Virus record (IMG/VR): IMGVR_UViG_3300013102_000003 | Coordinates: 70,644-134,643 of that record | Source: a virus | Lineage: Duplodnaviria; Heunggongvirae; Uroviricota; Caudoviricetes | DNA length: 64,000 nucleotides | Reading direction: 5' to 3' (one strand) | In this document: positions 52,081 through 59,797 of the stretch, one piece after another | How positions within the stretch are numbered: the first letter of the stretch is position 1 | Layout: every line of letters begins with the position of its first letter | The notes under the pieces: model-generated | The model's database searches: none | Seen by the model: the letters and a program-made list of their open reading frames with translations, nothing else | What the model was told of the DNA's origin: nothing | Program-made: the position numbers and the translations under genes

Positions 52081-53610
52081 ATGAACACCAGCACTAAGCC
52101 TTTCCGTCGAGCGGGGGCACTTGTCATTACTTACTTCTACCTCCTTTTCATGACGGCCTACATTGCCGGTTGCACGGGCGTGGCCCGACTCACCGGAACC
52201 GTGTTCGTCATCGATCCCATCGAATCCCCTCTCCTTGACCGGACTCGCCGCATCCTGCATGCCCGTAATACCAAGAAGCGGGAGAAGGAACTCAAGCTCG
52301 CCACCAAAATCCGGGAAGAGCGCCAGCACGCGGCCATCACCGCCATGTCCAAGGAACACACTGAGCGCAAGCGCGAAGACCAGAAACACCACCAGAAACT
52401 GATCGACTTCTGGGACGACATGTACGAAGTGGCCCGGACCAAGGAGATTGCCGAGCTTGCAGAAGCCAAGCGCCTGAAGGCCATTGCCGAGAAGGACGAA
52501 GCCCGGAAGCGCCGCGAGCGTGAGCAGGAAATGTGGCGTAAGGCCGAGGTCGAGCGCATCCGGAAGTTCAAGCTGGAGCAGGCGGAACGGGAGAAGGCCG
52601 CAGCAGCGGAACGTCTCCGGATTGATGCCGAGATCCAGAAGGAAAAGAAGGCGCTGGAACTCTACTACGCCCGAGCACAGAGTTACGGCACGTCCGCACT
52701 GACTGCTGCCGGTGGACTGGCGGCACCGGTCAACACCCGGTACGATATTGAGGAACCCAGCTACACTGAGCGCACCGTGAGGGTACACAGCCTTCACCAG
52801 CGCGAACAGGCCACCAAGGCGTCCCAGATTACCGCGACGTACTCTGAAAACGAGAAGATCACCGTTGATGGCTGGACCGTGGGTGAGGAACTGTACGGCA
52901 ACCGGATCTGGCTGCACGTGAAGCCCAACTCCACCACACTCGGTGGCTGGGTTTGGGGCGGCGGTCTGAATAGCTGGTCCACGTCCGGACTGGGGAAAAT
53001 GTCCGACAAACTGCGCATGCACTACGACAACACGGAGAATGTAGTTCTCCGTGACATGGCAGGCCGTGAAGTGCGCCGGTTCAGCCGGTTCACAAGCAAC
53101 TCGCTGAGCGCTTTTGACAAGCTGGAAGAGATGCACGCCAACCCGGAAATCCACCACGCCCAAGCCCGCCTTGCCGAACTCCGGAGCCAGCGGGACGCAC
53201 TTGAGGCTCCGAAGCCGACTGACGTATCCGAGTTTGGTACGCTTACGGCAGGCCTCATCAAGTCAGACAAGATCGCAGTAGGCACTTACGAGCCGTTCCC
53301 CACCATGGACTCTATCCGTGAGGCCATGGACACGCTGGGAGAACTCTCCTACACTGATCTGGGATTGCTTCAGAAGAAGGTCAAGGACAAGTACAAGGCC
53401 ATCTCTGATTACGCCGGGAGCAAGGTTACCATCGACCTTGTAGACGTGGATTTGATGAACGACCTTGTGAACTATAACGATGAAATCGTGAAGGAGGGAG
53501 ATCGCCGTAACGCTATCGCCAAGGACCTTTCGGCAGCACGCTTCTACACAGACCGCGCCGGTCACACCGGTAAGGAAATCCTTCAGTACTACGCCAACCG
53601 ACCTTACTAG
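52081..53610 (+). CDS. TM + long coiled coil + SH3b-like domain protein (leaderless)
   Basis: TTGACA-17-TAGACT; 'VDGWTVGEELYGNRIW...GWVWGGGL'. Confidence 0.75.
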   Translation: MNTSTKPFRRAGALVITYFYLLFMTAYIAGCTGVARLTGTVFVIDPIESPLLDRTRRILHARNTKKREKELKLATKIREERQHAAITAMSKEHTERKREDQKHHQKLIDFWDDMYEVARTKEIAELAEAKRLKAIAEKDEARKRREREQEMWRKAEVERIRKFKLEQAEREKAAAAERLRIDAEIQKEKKALELYYARAQSYGTSALTAAGGLAAPVNTRYDIEEPSYTERTVRVHSLHQREQATKASQITATYSENEKITVDGWTVGEELYGNRIWLHVKPNSTTLGGWVWGGGLNSWSTSGLGKMSDKLRMHYDNTENVVLRDMAGREVRRFSRFTSNSLSAFDKLEEMHANPEIHHAQARLAELRSQRDALEAPKPTDVSEFGTLTAGLIKSDKIAVGTYEPFPTMDSIREAMDTLGELSYTDLGLLQKKVKDKYKAISDYAGSKVTIDLVDVDLMNDLVNYNDEIVKEGDRRNAIAKDLSAARFYTDRAGHTGKEILQYYANRPY

Positions 53611-53660
53611 CCATTCAGCGGATGCTGTGGTACACTTAGAGAAACCCAATTAGGAGACAC

Positions 53661-54242
53661 ATGAAGGACAAGCTTATCAAGGCCTACCGGACAGCATGGC
53701 GCTGGCCCGAGGTCTACAGTGATGCGCCATCGGTCATCTGGTCCAGCCGCGCTATCGCCTTCCTTGTGCCGCTTGCCCTGATCGTGCTGACGCTCGTGAC
53801 CGGTATTCCGGTGTATGGGTTGGCCGCAACAGGCGTTATCGCCGCTTTTGTCGGGCTGGTCCTGATTCTCACGACCGTGAAGATGTTCTACGCCGAATTC
53901 GACACCGTGGAGAACTTCGAATCCAAGGAAACCCGGATCAAGGAGTACTTCCACGGCTTCCCTTCCCTCACCGACGTTCCTGTCATCGAGAAGGAACCCA
54001 ACGAGTGGATCGCCTACGGGCACGTGGAGCCACAGGCGTTCATCTGCGCCATTCAAACGGTGCTCCGTGGTGTGACAGAGGATGAGGCCCTGATAGAGGC
54101 TTACGCAGGCCTTGAGGGGTCTGTGGGGCACCTTTACGCCGCATTCGTCAACCCGGAAGAGGGCCACTGGTCCGAAGGCATCGAATTGTGCAAGCTGACC
54201 ACGGAGAACTGCTTCCCGATCACGCGCATCACCAAAGAGTAG
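53661..54242 (+). CDS. membrane protein
   Basis: TAGGAG SD; two TM. Confidence 0.8.
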   Translation: MKDKLIKAYRTAWRWPEVYSDAPSVIWSSRAIAFLVPLALIVLTLVTGIPVYGLAATGVIAAFVGLVLILTTVKMFYAEFDTVENFESKETRIKEYFHGFPSLTDVPVIEKEPNEWIAYGHVEPQAFICAIQTVLRGVTEDEALIEAYAGLEGSVGHLYAAFVNPEEGHWSEGIELCKLTTENCFPITRITKE

Positions 54243-54302
54243 TTGACAAATCTTCCTGACTGGATTAAGCTGTAGACACCAGCAACCAATCAGGAGGATA
54301 CA

Positions 54303-54575
54303 GTGAACTACGGACCCAAGGTCAAGAAATACTGCAAGGACAACAACATCACCCTCGATGACAACACCCGCCCGGATGCGGTTGACATTTGTATCACCTC
54401 TCCGGCAGGCAAGGTGTTGTGTTCGATGGGTGATCACTCTGCTGTGACCTACTTCTACAGGGGTCCGGGACACACCAAGGCAGACGGCTGGGAAGGGGTC
54501 TGGGAAGACCTGTCCATGGGTCTTGCCGACTGCACACTACCAAACTGCGAGTTTTGTAACCCGCCCAAAGAATAG
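54303..54575 (+). CDS. hypothetical protein
   Basis: AGGAGGA SD, GTG; C-terminal CxxxxCxxC. Confidence 0.8.
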   Translation: MNYGPKVKKYCKDNNITLDDNTRPDAVDICITSPAGKVLCSMGDHSAVTYFYRGPGHTKADGWEGVWEDLSMGLADCTLPNCEFCNPPKE

Positions 54576-54585
54576 GATAAGAACA

Positions 54586-54912
54586 ATCAACCCAAACCCG
54601 ATCCACCCTCAGAAAACCATCATCAACCCCATTGGACAGCCGGTGGAGGTTGACGAGCAGCTTGCCGACTTCCTGACCCATCTCTGGGCAGAGGGTTACG
54701 TCACGGTATACTCCTGCCAGTCCGGTCACCCGGAAGGCGGAATTGCTCCGGTGAGCCGTCTCCGGTACATCATGTTTCATGACATTGACATGGCCGTAAA
54801 GTTTCAGACAAGGTACGGAGGACACGTCGATGAGATGATCTACCGCGAGGACCGCCGCTGTGTCCGTGGCTTTGAAATCCCAACAAAGGAACAGCTATCA
54901 CACTTGAACTAG
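54586..54912 (+). CDS. hypothetical protein (start uncertain: ATC 54586 or TTG 54523)
   Basis: VDEQLA....LW..G..T..SCQ. Confidence 0.65.
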   Translation: MNPNPIHPQKTIINPIGQPVEVDEQLADFLTHLWAEGYVTVYSCQSGHPEGGIAPVSRLRYIMFHDIDMAVKFQTRYGGHVDEMIYREDRRCVRGFEIPTKEQLSHLN

Positions 54913-55358
54913 CCCTCATCCTCGCGCTTCTGGCGCACTTCGTCGGGGATTACATCATCCAAAACCAGTACATGGCCGACAACAAGACCTCCCGCTGGCT
55001 TCCGGCACTCGTGCACGGATTCACCTACACCATCCCGTTCCTCTTCGCAACCCACTCCATTGCGGCGCTGCTGGTCATTGCCCTGACACACGCTGTCATT
55101 GACCGCTACCGGCTTGCAAAGTACCTGATCTGGTTCAAGAACCAGATTGTCCCGAAGAGCGCACGCTATAAGTGGAACCCGTCTTTTGAGTCAAATGGTG
55201 TCCAGATGCCCAACAAGCTCAACAACACTGCCACGGGATTCCCTCAGTCCGTTCCACCGTGGATGTCCGTCTGGCTGCTTATTATCGTGGACAACACCGT
55301 CCATATTGTGATCAACACGCTCGCCATCATCTTCCTTGGGACCGTCTGGGTCTTCTGA
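54897..55358 (+). CDS. DUF3307-like membrane protein (probable ATC start)
   Basis: AHFVGDYIIQ, ALVH..TY, THAVIDRY, VDNTVH; conserved motif lies upstream of first ATG (54972). Confidence 0.7.
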   Translation: MTLELALILALLAHFVGDYIIQNQYMADNKTSRWLPALVHGFTYTIPFLFATHSIAALLVIALTHAVIDRYRLAKYLIWFKNQIVPKSARYKWNPSFESNGVQMPNKLNNTATGFPQSVPPWMSVWLLIIVDNTVHIVINTLAIIFLGTVWVF

Positions 55359-55397
55359 GTTGACAACCGACAAGTAAAGGACTAGACTACAAGCTAT

Positions 55398-56306
55398 ATG
55401 ATTACCTTCAAAGCAAAAACCTCAACCGGCGAGATCATCAATTCCGCCCTTTCCCCATTCAACTTCCCCGCTGGCGAAGCCCACACGAAGCGTGAGGAAC
55501 AGCGCGACCTCGAACCCACCGAGATCGCCATCATCCAGCCGTCCGCTGACTCGATCCACGACGACCTGTTCCAGCTTGCCATGTGGAACGACTACCTCCG
55601 ACTAGAAAACCAAGACCTACACTCTACCCCGGAGAAGCAGTCGCGGCGGGTGCTTATTTTGCCCTATATGCCCGGAGCGCGAGCAGATCGAGGTCAGCCT
55701 TTCGGACTCTTGGTATACGCTGACTTCATCCGAGGGCTGGAACTTGACCAGATCATCCTCTTCGACCCCCACTCCGGGATGACCGGTGATCAACTCCATG
55801 CAGCCGCAGATGAGTTGACCATCGTCCACTCTGACGAACTCTTTGACCAGAAGCACATGCGGGCCGTCCTGAACGGCTACGACGGCATCATTGCCCCTGA
55901 CAAGGGCGCAGTGAAGCGTGCAACGGCCATGGCTGACCTCGCCAAGCTTTCGGTCTTCACGGCCACCAAGAACCGCGACGAGGCAACTGGTAAACTCTCC
56001 AACTTCTCCATCGAGGGCCTTGACCCGAACGGCACGTACCTCATCGTGGACGACATCTGTGACGGTGGCGGCACGTTCCTCGGCTTGGCTGAGGCCACTG
56101 GACTTGCGTACGGGCGGCTCGATCTGTACGTATCCCATGGTGTATTCTCCAAAGACGCGCTGAACACTTTGTCCAACCACTTCACCAACGTGTTCACCAC
56201 CAACTCATACAACCCTTCTCGGGTGCTCGAACCTAGCAATGACCTGCATCCTCAGGTATTCCGCCGTTTCGACGTGATCCGGCTCCTTCTCTCCAAGATC
56301 AAGTAA
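55398..56306 (+). CDS. prs: PRPP synthetase-like protein (NARP1 Adps-type)
   Basis: FPAGE, LPYMPGARADR, DPHS, APDKGA, IVDDICDGGGTF. Confidence 0.85.
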   Translation: MITFKAKTSTGEIINSALSPFNFPAGEAHTKREEQRDLEPTEIAIIQPSADSIHDDLFQLAMWNDYLRLENQDLHSTPEKQSRRVLILPYMPGARADRGQPFGLLVYADFIRGLELDQIILFDPHSGMTGDQLHAAADELTIVHSDELFDQKHMRAVLNGYDGIIAPDKGAVKRATAMADLAKLSVFTATKNRDEATGKLSNFSIEGLDPNGTYLIVDDICDGGGTFLGLAEATGLAYGRLDLYVSHGVFSKDALNTLSNHFTNVFTTNSYNPSRVLEPSNDLHPQVFRRFDVIRLLLSKIK

Positions 56307-56313
56307 GGAAATC

Positions 56314-56493
56314 ATGACAGACGACATTAACCAGCCTCTGGAAGAGGACGACGACTACCCGGACTACTACGACTACGACGACACCATGTCGTGTGGTTGT
56401 TGTTCCTGCTGCGGCTGTGACTGCTGGATGTACGACGACTACTTGGACGACTGGTCCGACGAGTACGACGCCGAAATGGAGGACGACAAGTAG
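56314..56493 (+). CDS. very acidic Cys-cluster mini-protein
   Basis: TAAGGA SD; SCGCCSCCGCDC in D/Y-rich context. Confidence 0.7.
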   Translation: MTDDINQPLEEDDDYPDYYDYDDTMSCGCCSCCGCDCWMYDDYLDDWSDEYDAEMEDDK

Positions 56494-56681
56494 TGGGCTG
56501 GCTTATCGCCCTTGATGTGGTACTCTGGATTGCTGCGACAGTCTTCCTGTTCGGCTTCGGGCAGTGGATTATTGCCCTGATTTTGGGAATCCTCGCTCTT
56601 GTGCTACTGTTTATCTTGACAGCAGGGTCTATCGACTTTGATCCTTCGGATGCTACAGACATATTTGACATTTTCGACTAA
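56493..56681 (+). CDS. membrane protein
   Basis: TAGTG overlap; two TM. Confidence 0.7.
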   Translation: MGWLIALDVVLWIAATVFLFGFGQWIIALILGILALVLLFILTAGSIDFDPSDATDIFDIFD

Positions 56682-56695
56682 CGAAAGGTATTACA

Positions 56696-58189
56696 ATTAC
56701 TTCGCTTAACCCGCTTCTGGACACCGACTCCTACAAGCTTTCCCACTTCCTGATGTACCCGGATGGACTCCAGTACGTCGAGTCCAACTACACCAACCGC
56801 AAGTCCCGCGTCGATGGCGTCAACCACGTCGTCAACTTCGGCCTTCAGGCGTGGCTCACCGAGCGCACCAAGGCGTGGGACGACTTCTTCGCCGCCAACA
56901 AGGAAGATGTCATTCAGGAGTACAAGGACAACATCTCCACGTTCGTCTCTCCCGGCTTCACCCTTGATCACGTCAAGTCCCTGCACGATCTCGGTTACCT
57001 GCCGCTCCAGTTCGCTCAGGTTCCGGAAGGTACACTTGTTCCGATTGGCGTCCCGTCCATCCTGATCCGCTCCACCCACGAGGACTTCGCTTGGCTCGTC
57101 AACTACGTCGAGTCGGACCTCTCCGCTGGCATCTGGCACCCGTCCACGGTTGCAACGACTGCTTGGAACCTTCGCCGCGTGTTCGAAAAGGCCGCTCGTG
57201 AGACCGGTGGTGCTGTTGAGGCCGTCGATTTCCAGCTTCATGACTTCTCCTACCGTGGACAGGTCAACCGCGAGGCAGCAGCATCCTCCGGTGCCGCCCA
57301 CCTGACCAGCTTCTTCGGCTCTGACGCTGTCCCGTCCGTGCCGTGGGTCAACCGCAACTACCCCGGAGACAACGGCGGCATTGCGTACTCTGTGCCCGCC
57401 ACAGAGCACTCCGTGATGTGCGCCTACGGTCAGGCCAACGAGATCGACGCGTTTGAGCACCAGATCGATCTCTTCCCGTCCGGTATCCTGTCCATTGTCT
57501 CCGACACGTACAGCCTCCGTCAGGTAGTCGAGGACTTCCTGCCCAAGCTGAAGAAGAAGATCGAGGCCCGTGACGGCAAGCTTGTCATTCGCCCGGACTC
57601 CGGCGATCCGGCAGACATCATCTGCGGTACCGACCGGGAACTGCACGGCAAGTCCTTCTACGAGAAGGGTGCCATCGAGGCATTGTGGGACGAATTCGGC
57701 GGTCACGTCAACGCTGAGGGCTACAAGGTTCTCTCCGATAAGATCGGCCTGATCTACGGCGACGGCATGTACAAGGAGCGCATCGAGGACATCAACGCCC
57801 GTCTGAAGGTCAAGGGCTTCGCGTCCACCAACTGGGTCGCTGGCATCGGTTCCTACAGCTACCAGATGGTCACCCGAGACACCTTCGGCTCCGCTGTCAA
57901 GGCAACCTTCGTCATCGTCAACGACGAAGAGCGCAACATTCAGAAGAACCCGGAGACTGACGACGGCACCAAGAAGTCCGCCACGGGCCGTCTGGCGATC
58001 CAGATGTGGGCCAACGGCAACCTGACCCTGATTCAGGAAGCCACCGACGAAGAGATCGAGCGCAGCCTCATCCAGCCTGTCTGGGAGAACGGTGACTTCA
58101 TTGAGGGCAAGAAGGTCAGCTTCGCTGAGGTCCGTGCCAACGTCAAGCGCTGGACCGGCATCCTTGAGCGGAACGGAAGCCTGTCTTAG
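56696..58189 (+). CDS. nadV: nicotinamide phosphoribosyltransferase-like protein (NARP1 Namat-type), probable ATT start
   Basis: LLDTDSYKLSH, DFSYRG, ATEHSVM, SDTY, IRPDSGDP, IYGDG; GAAAGG SD. Confidence 0.9.
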   Translation: MTSLNPLLDTDSYKLSHFLMYPDGLQYVESNYTNRKSRVDGVNHVVNFGLQAWLTERTKAWDDFFAANKEDVIQEYKDNISTFVSPGFTLDHVKSLHDLGYLPLQFAQVPEGTLVPIGVPSILIRSTHEDFAWLVNYVESDLSAGIWHPSTVATTAWNLRRVFEKAARETGGAVEAVDFQLHDFSYRGQVNREAAASSGAAHLTSFFGSDAVPSVPWVNRNYPGDNGGIAYSVPATEHSVMCAYGQANEIDAFEHQIDLFPSGILSIVSDTYSLRQVVEDFLPKLKKKIEARDGKLVIRPDSGDPADIICGTDRELHGKSFYEKGAIEALWDEFGGHVNAEGYKVLSDKIGLIYGDGMYKERIEDINARLKVKGFASTNWVAGIGSYSYQMVTRDTFGSAVKATFVIVNDEERNIQKNPETDDGTKKSATGRLAIQMWANGNLTLIQEATDEEIERSLIQPVWENGDFIEGKKVSFAEVRANVKRWTGILERNGSLS

Positions 58190-58335
58190 TGGGAATTGTC
58201 TACCTACTTCTCGGTCTTGGCCTTATCCTAGGCGGGATCTTTCTCAGTCCGATCATTGGAGGCGCATGCTGGGCCTTCTACATCTCCGGTGGTTTCGTCG
58301 GCTGGGAAGGCTTGACTAGGATCTGCGATTGGTGA
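58189..58335 (+). CDS. small membrane protein
   Basis: TAGTG overlap; 48 aa hydrophobic. Confidence 0.6.
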   Translation: MGIVYLLLGLGLILGGIFLSPIIGGACWAFYISGGFVGWEGLTRICDW

Positions 58336-58387
58336 GTAACTTTACAGCAGCATAATTAAATGGTATAATAGGGTAAAAGGAGTTTAC

Positions 58388-58888
58388 ATGTCTACTACAG
58401 ATACGAAGCTTCCGGAACTGCCCAGTGATACCGCAACCCAGCTTGTGGCCCTCAAGGGAACCTGTCCGGAAGAGTTTTTCGCCCTCGTCAAGGCGCTCAG
58501 ACTTGAAGGTTGGCCCTTGAGGGCCATAGCTAAACCGTTTTCGGTCTCCCGCACCGCCGCACAAGGGTGGGAGAATAAATATAAGCAGGAATGGCCTCTC
58601 CCAGAGGTACCGGAGCTACCCGTGCAGGCCCCGGAAGATCGAAAAATCAATGTCAAGAAGCAAACCCTGTCTGAGGATGAAGCAAAAATCCTCAGAGAAC
58701 TGGCCGAACTGGCGTCATCGGTGCGTCGATATACCGACCCGAACGCCCCTTCCCGGCGAGCAGCCTACGAATTAGAGGCAAAACTCATAGAATACAGCGC
58801 CAGAGGACTCTCCCGAGTGCAGCTAGCCGAGTATTGCGGCGTTTCGGACTCGTCCATCAAGCAGCGACTGAGAAAGTATGGCAAGTAG
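58388..58888 (+). CDS. double helix-turn-helix DNA-binding protein
   Basis: TGGTATAAT promoter, AAGGAG SD; GWPLRAIAKPFSVSRTAA and GLSRVQLAEYCGVSDSSI. Confidence 0.75.
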   Translation: MSTTDTKLPELPSDTATQLVALKGTCPEEFFALVKALRLEGWPLRAIAKPFSVSRTAAQGWENKYKQEWPLPEVPELPVQAPEDRKINVKKQTLSEDEAKILRELAELASSVRRYTDPNAPSRRAAYELEAKLIEYSARGLSRVQLAEYCGVSDSSIKQRLRKYGK

Positions 58889-59226
58889 TGGCATACACTA
58901 TAGACGTATTTCCCGCGAATGAGGTCTGGCTTGACCTCTTCCCAGCCAAAATCGACCCCCAGACGGACGCATTTGAGCCAAAACATGAAGAATACCGTGT
59001 CATTGTCACAGATAACCATCTGTACATCATTGATGACACGATAGACGGGCCAAAGGCCATCTTCACTGACCCGCTGCTCCACTTTGAAGGGACCAACAAA
59101 GTAGGGTATACTGTCACCACCGAACTTGGAACATTTCATGTTTCACGCGCCCCCAACTGCGGTTGCGGTTCGCGCATCCGAGGGATCTACCCATTTCCGG
59201 GTGTACCTCAAGTCCGACCAAAATAA
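58888..59226 (+). CDS. hypothetical protein
   Basis: TAGTG overlap; CGCGS motif. Confidence 0.75.
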   Translation: MAYTIDVFPANEVWLDLFPAKIDPQTDAFEPKHEEYRVIVTDNHLYIIDDTIDGPKAIFTDPLLHFEGTNKVGYTVTTELGTFHVSRAPNCGCGSRIRGIYPFPGVPQVRPK

Positions 59227-59242
59227 ACAAAAAGGAAACATC

Positions 59243-59446
59243 ATGCCTCCAAAAGCCCCAAATTTCAGCAGTGCGCTGACGGGAACCATCCAGACAGGTG
59301 ATGCCGTCCAGACCGGATGCATCTGGTGCCTCTCTGAAGGCCTCACCGCCCCAGCAGAGAACCACGTGGCGTACCTGTATCAGGGAACGTCCTACTGCGG
59401 GAAGCACCTCAAGTCCGTTCTCGCACCTCAGGGCACAAATGAGTAA
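59243..59446 (+). CDS. small Cys/His protein
   Basis: AAAGGA SD; CIWC...CGKH. Confidence 0.7.
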   Translation: MPPKAPNFSSALTGTIQTGDAVQTGCIWCLSEGLTAPAENHVAYLYQGTSYCGKHLKSVLAPQGTNE

Positions 59447-59735
59447 GGCCGTGAGCGCGGTGCTGGATATCGTGGCCACCTACCGGCTCACGAAGCTTAT
59501 CATGGATGACAAGATCACGGAAGACTTCCGGAATCTGATCTATGAGAAGTTCCCCAAGGACTCCAAACTGGCCTACCTCATCGGTTGCCCGTGGTGTGTC
59601 TCCATCTGGGCCGGTGCAACGATCTTCACGCTCCGGAAGATCAGCCCCGAGACGGCTGACATCGTCTCCGGACTTCTCGCCGCTTCCGCAGTTACCGGAG
59701 TGGTTTACACCAAAGGACTTGACCAGTCATACTAG
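59439..59735 (+). CDS. DUF1360-like membrane protein
   Basis: ATYRLT.L...DKIT..FR...LIGCPWCVSIW. Confidence 0.75.
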   Translation: MSKAVSAVLDIVATYRLTKLIMDDKITEDFRNLIYEKFPKDSKLAYLIGCPWCVSIWAGATIFTLRKISPETADIVSGLLAASAVTGVVYTKGLDQSY

Positions 59736-59797
59736 TCTAGTGTAGACTCGTGGTAGAATTGACATTACACTAGTATTCAATTCTGCCCGGAGATGAC

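Noticed and set aside
52066-53163. Long antisense ORFs (also 24869-25861 +, 56678-57706 -, 45630-46565 -, 53607-54473 -, 1311-2105 -)
   Set aside because: Shadow frames of well-supported genes in high-GC DNA; no SD or promoter and no protein-like motifs.
54550-54560. Minus-strand GTTACAAAACT match
   Set aside because: Lies inside a plus-strand CDS (C-E-F-C-N codons), with no hairpin or matching promoter; probably chance.
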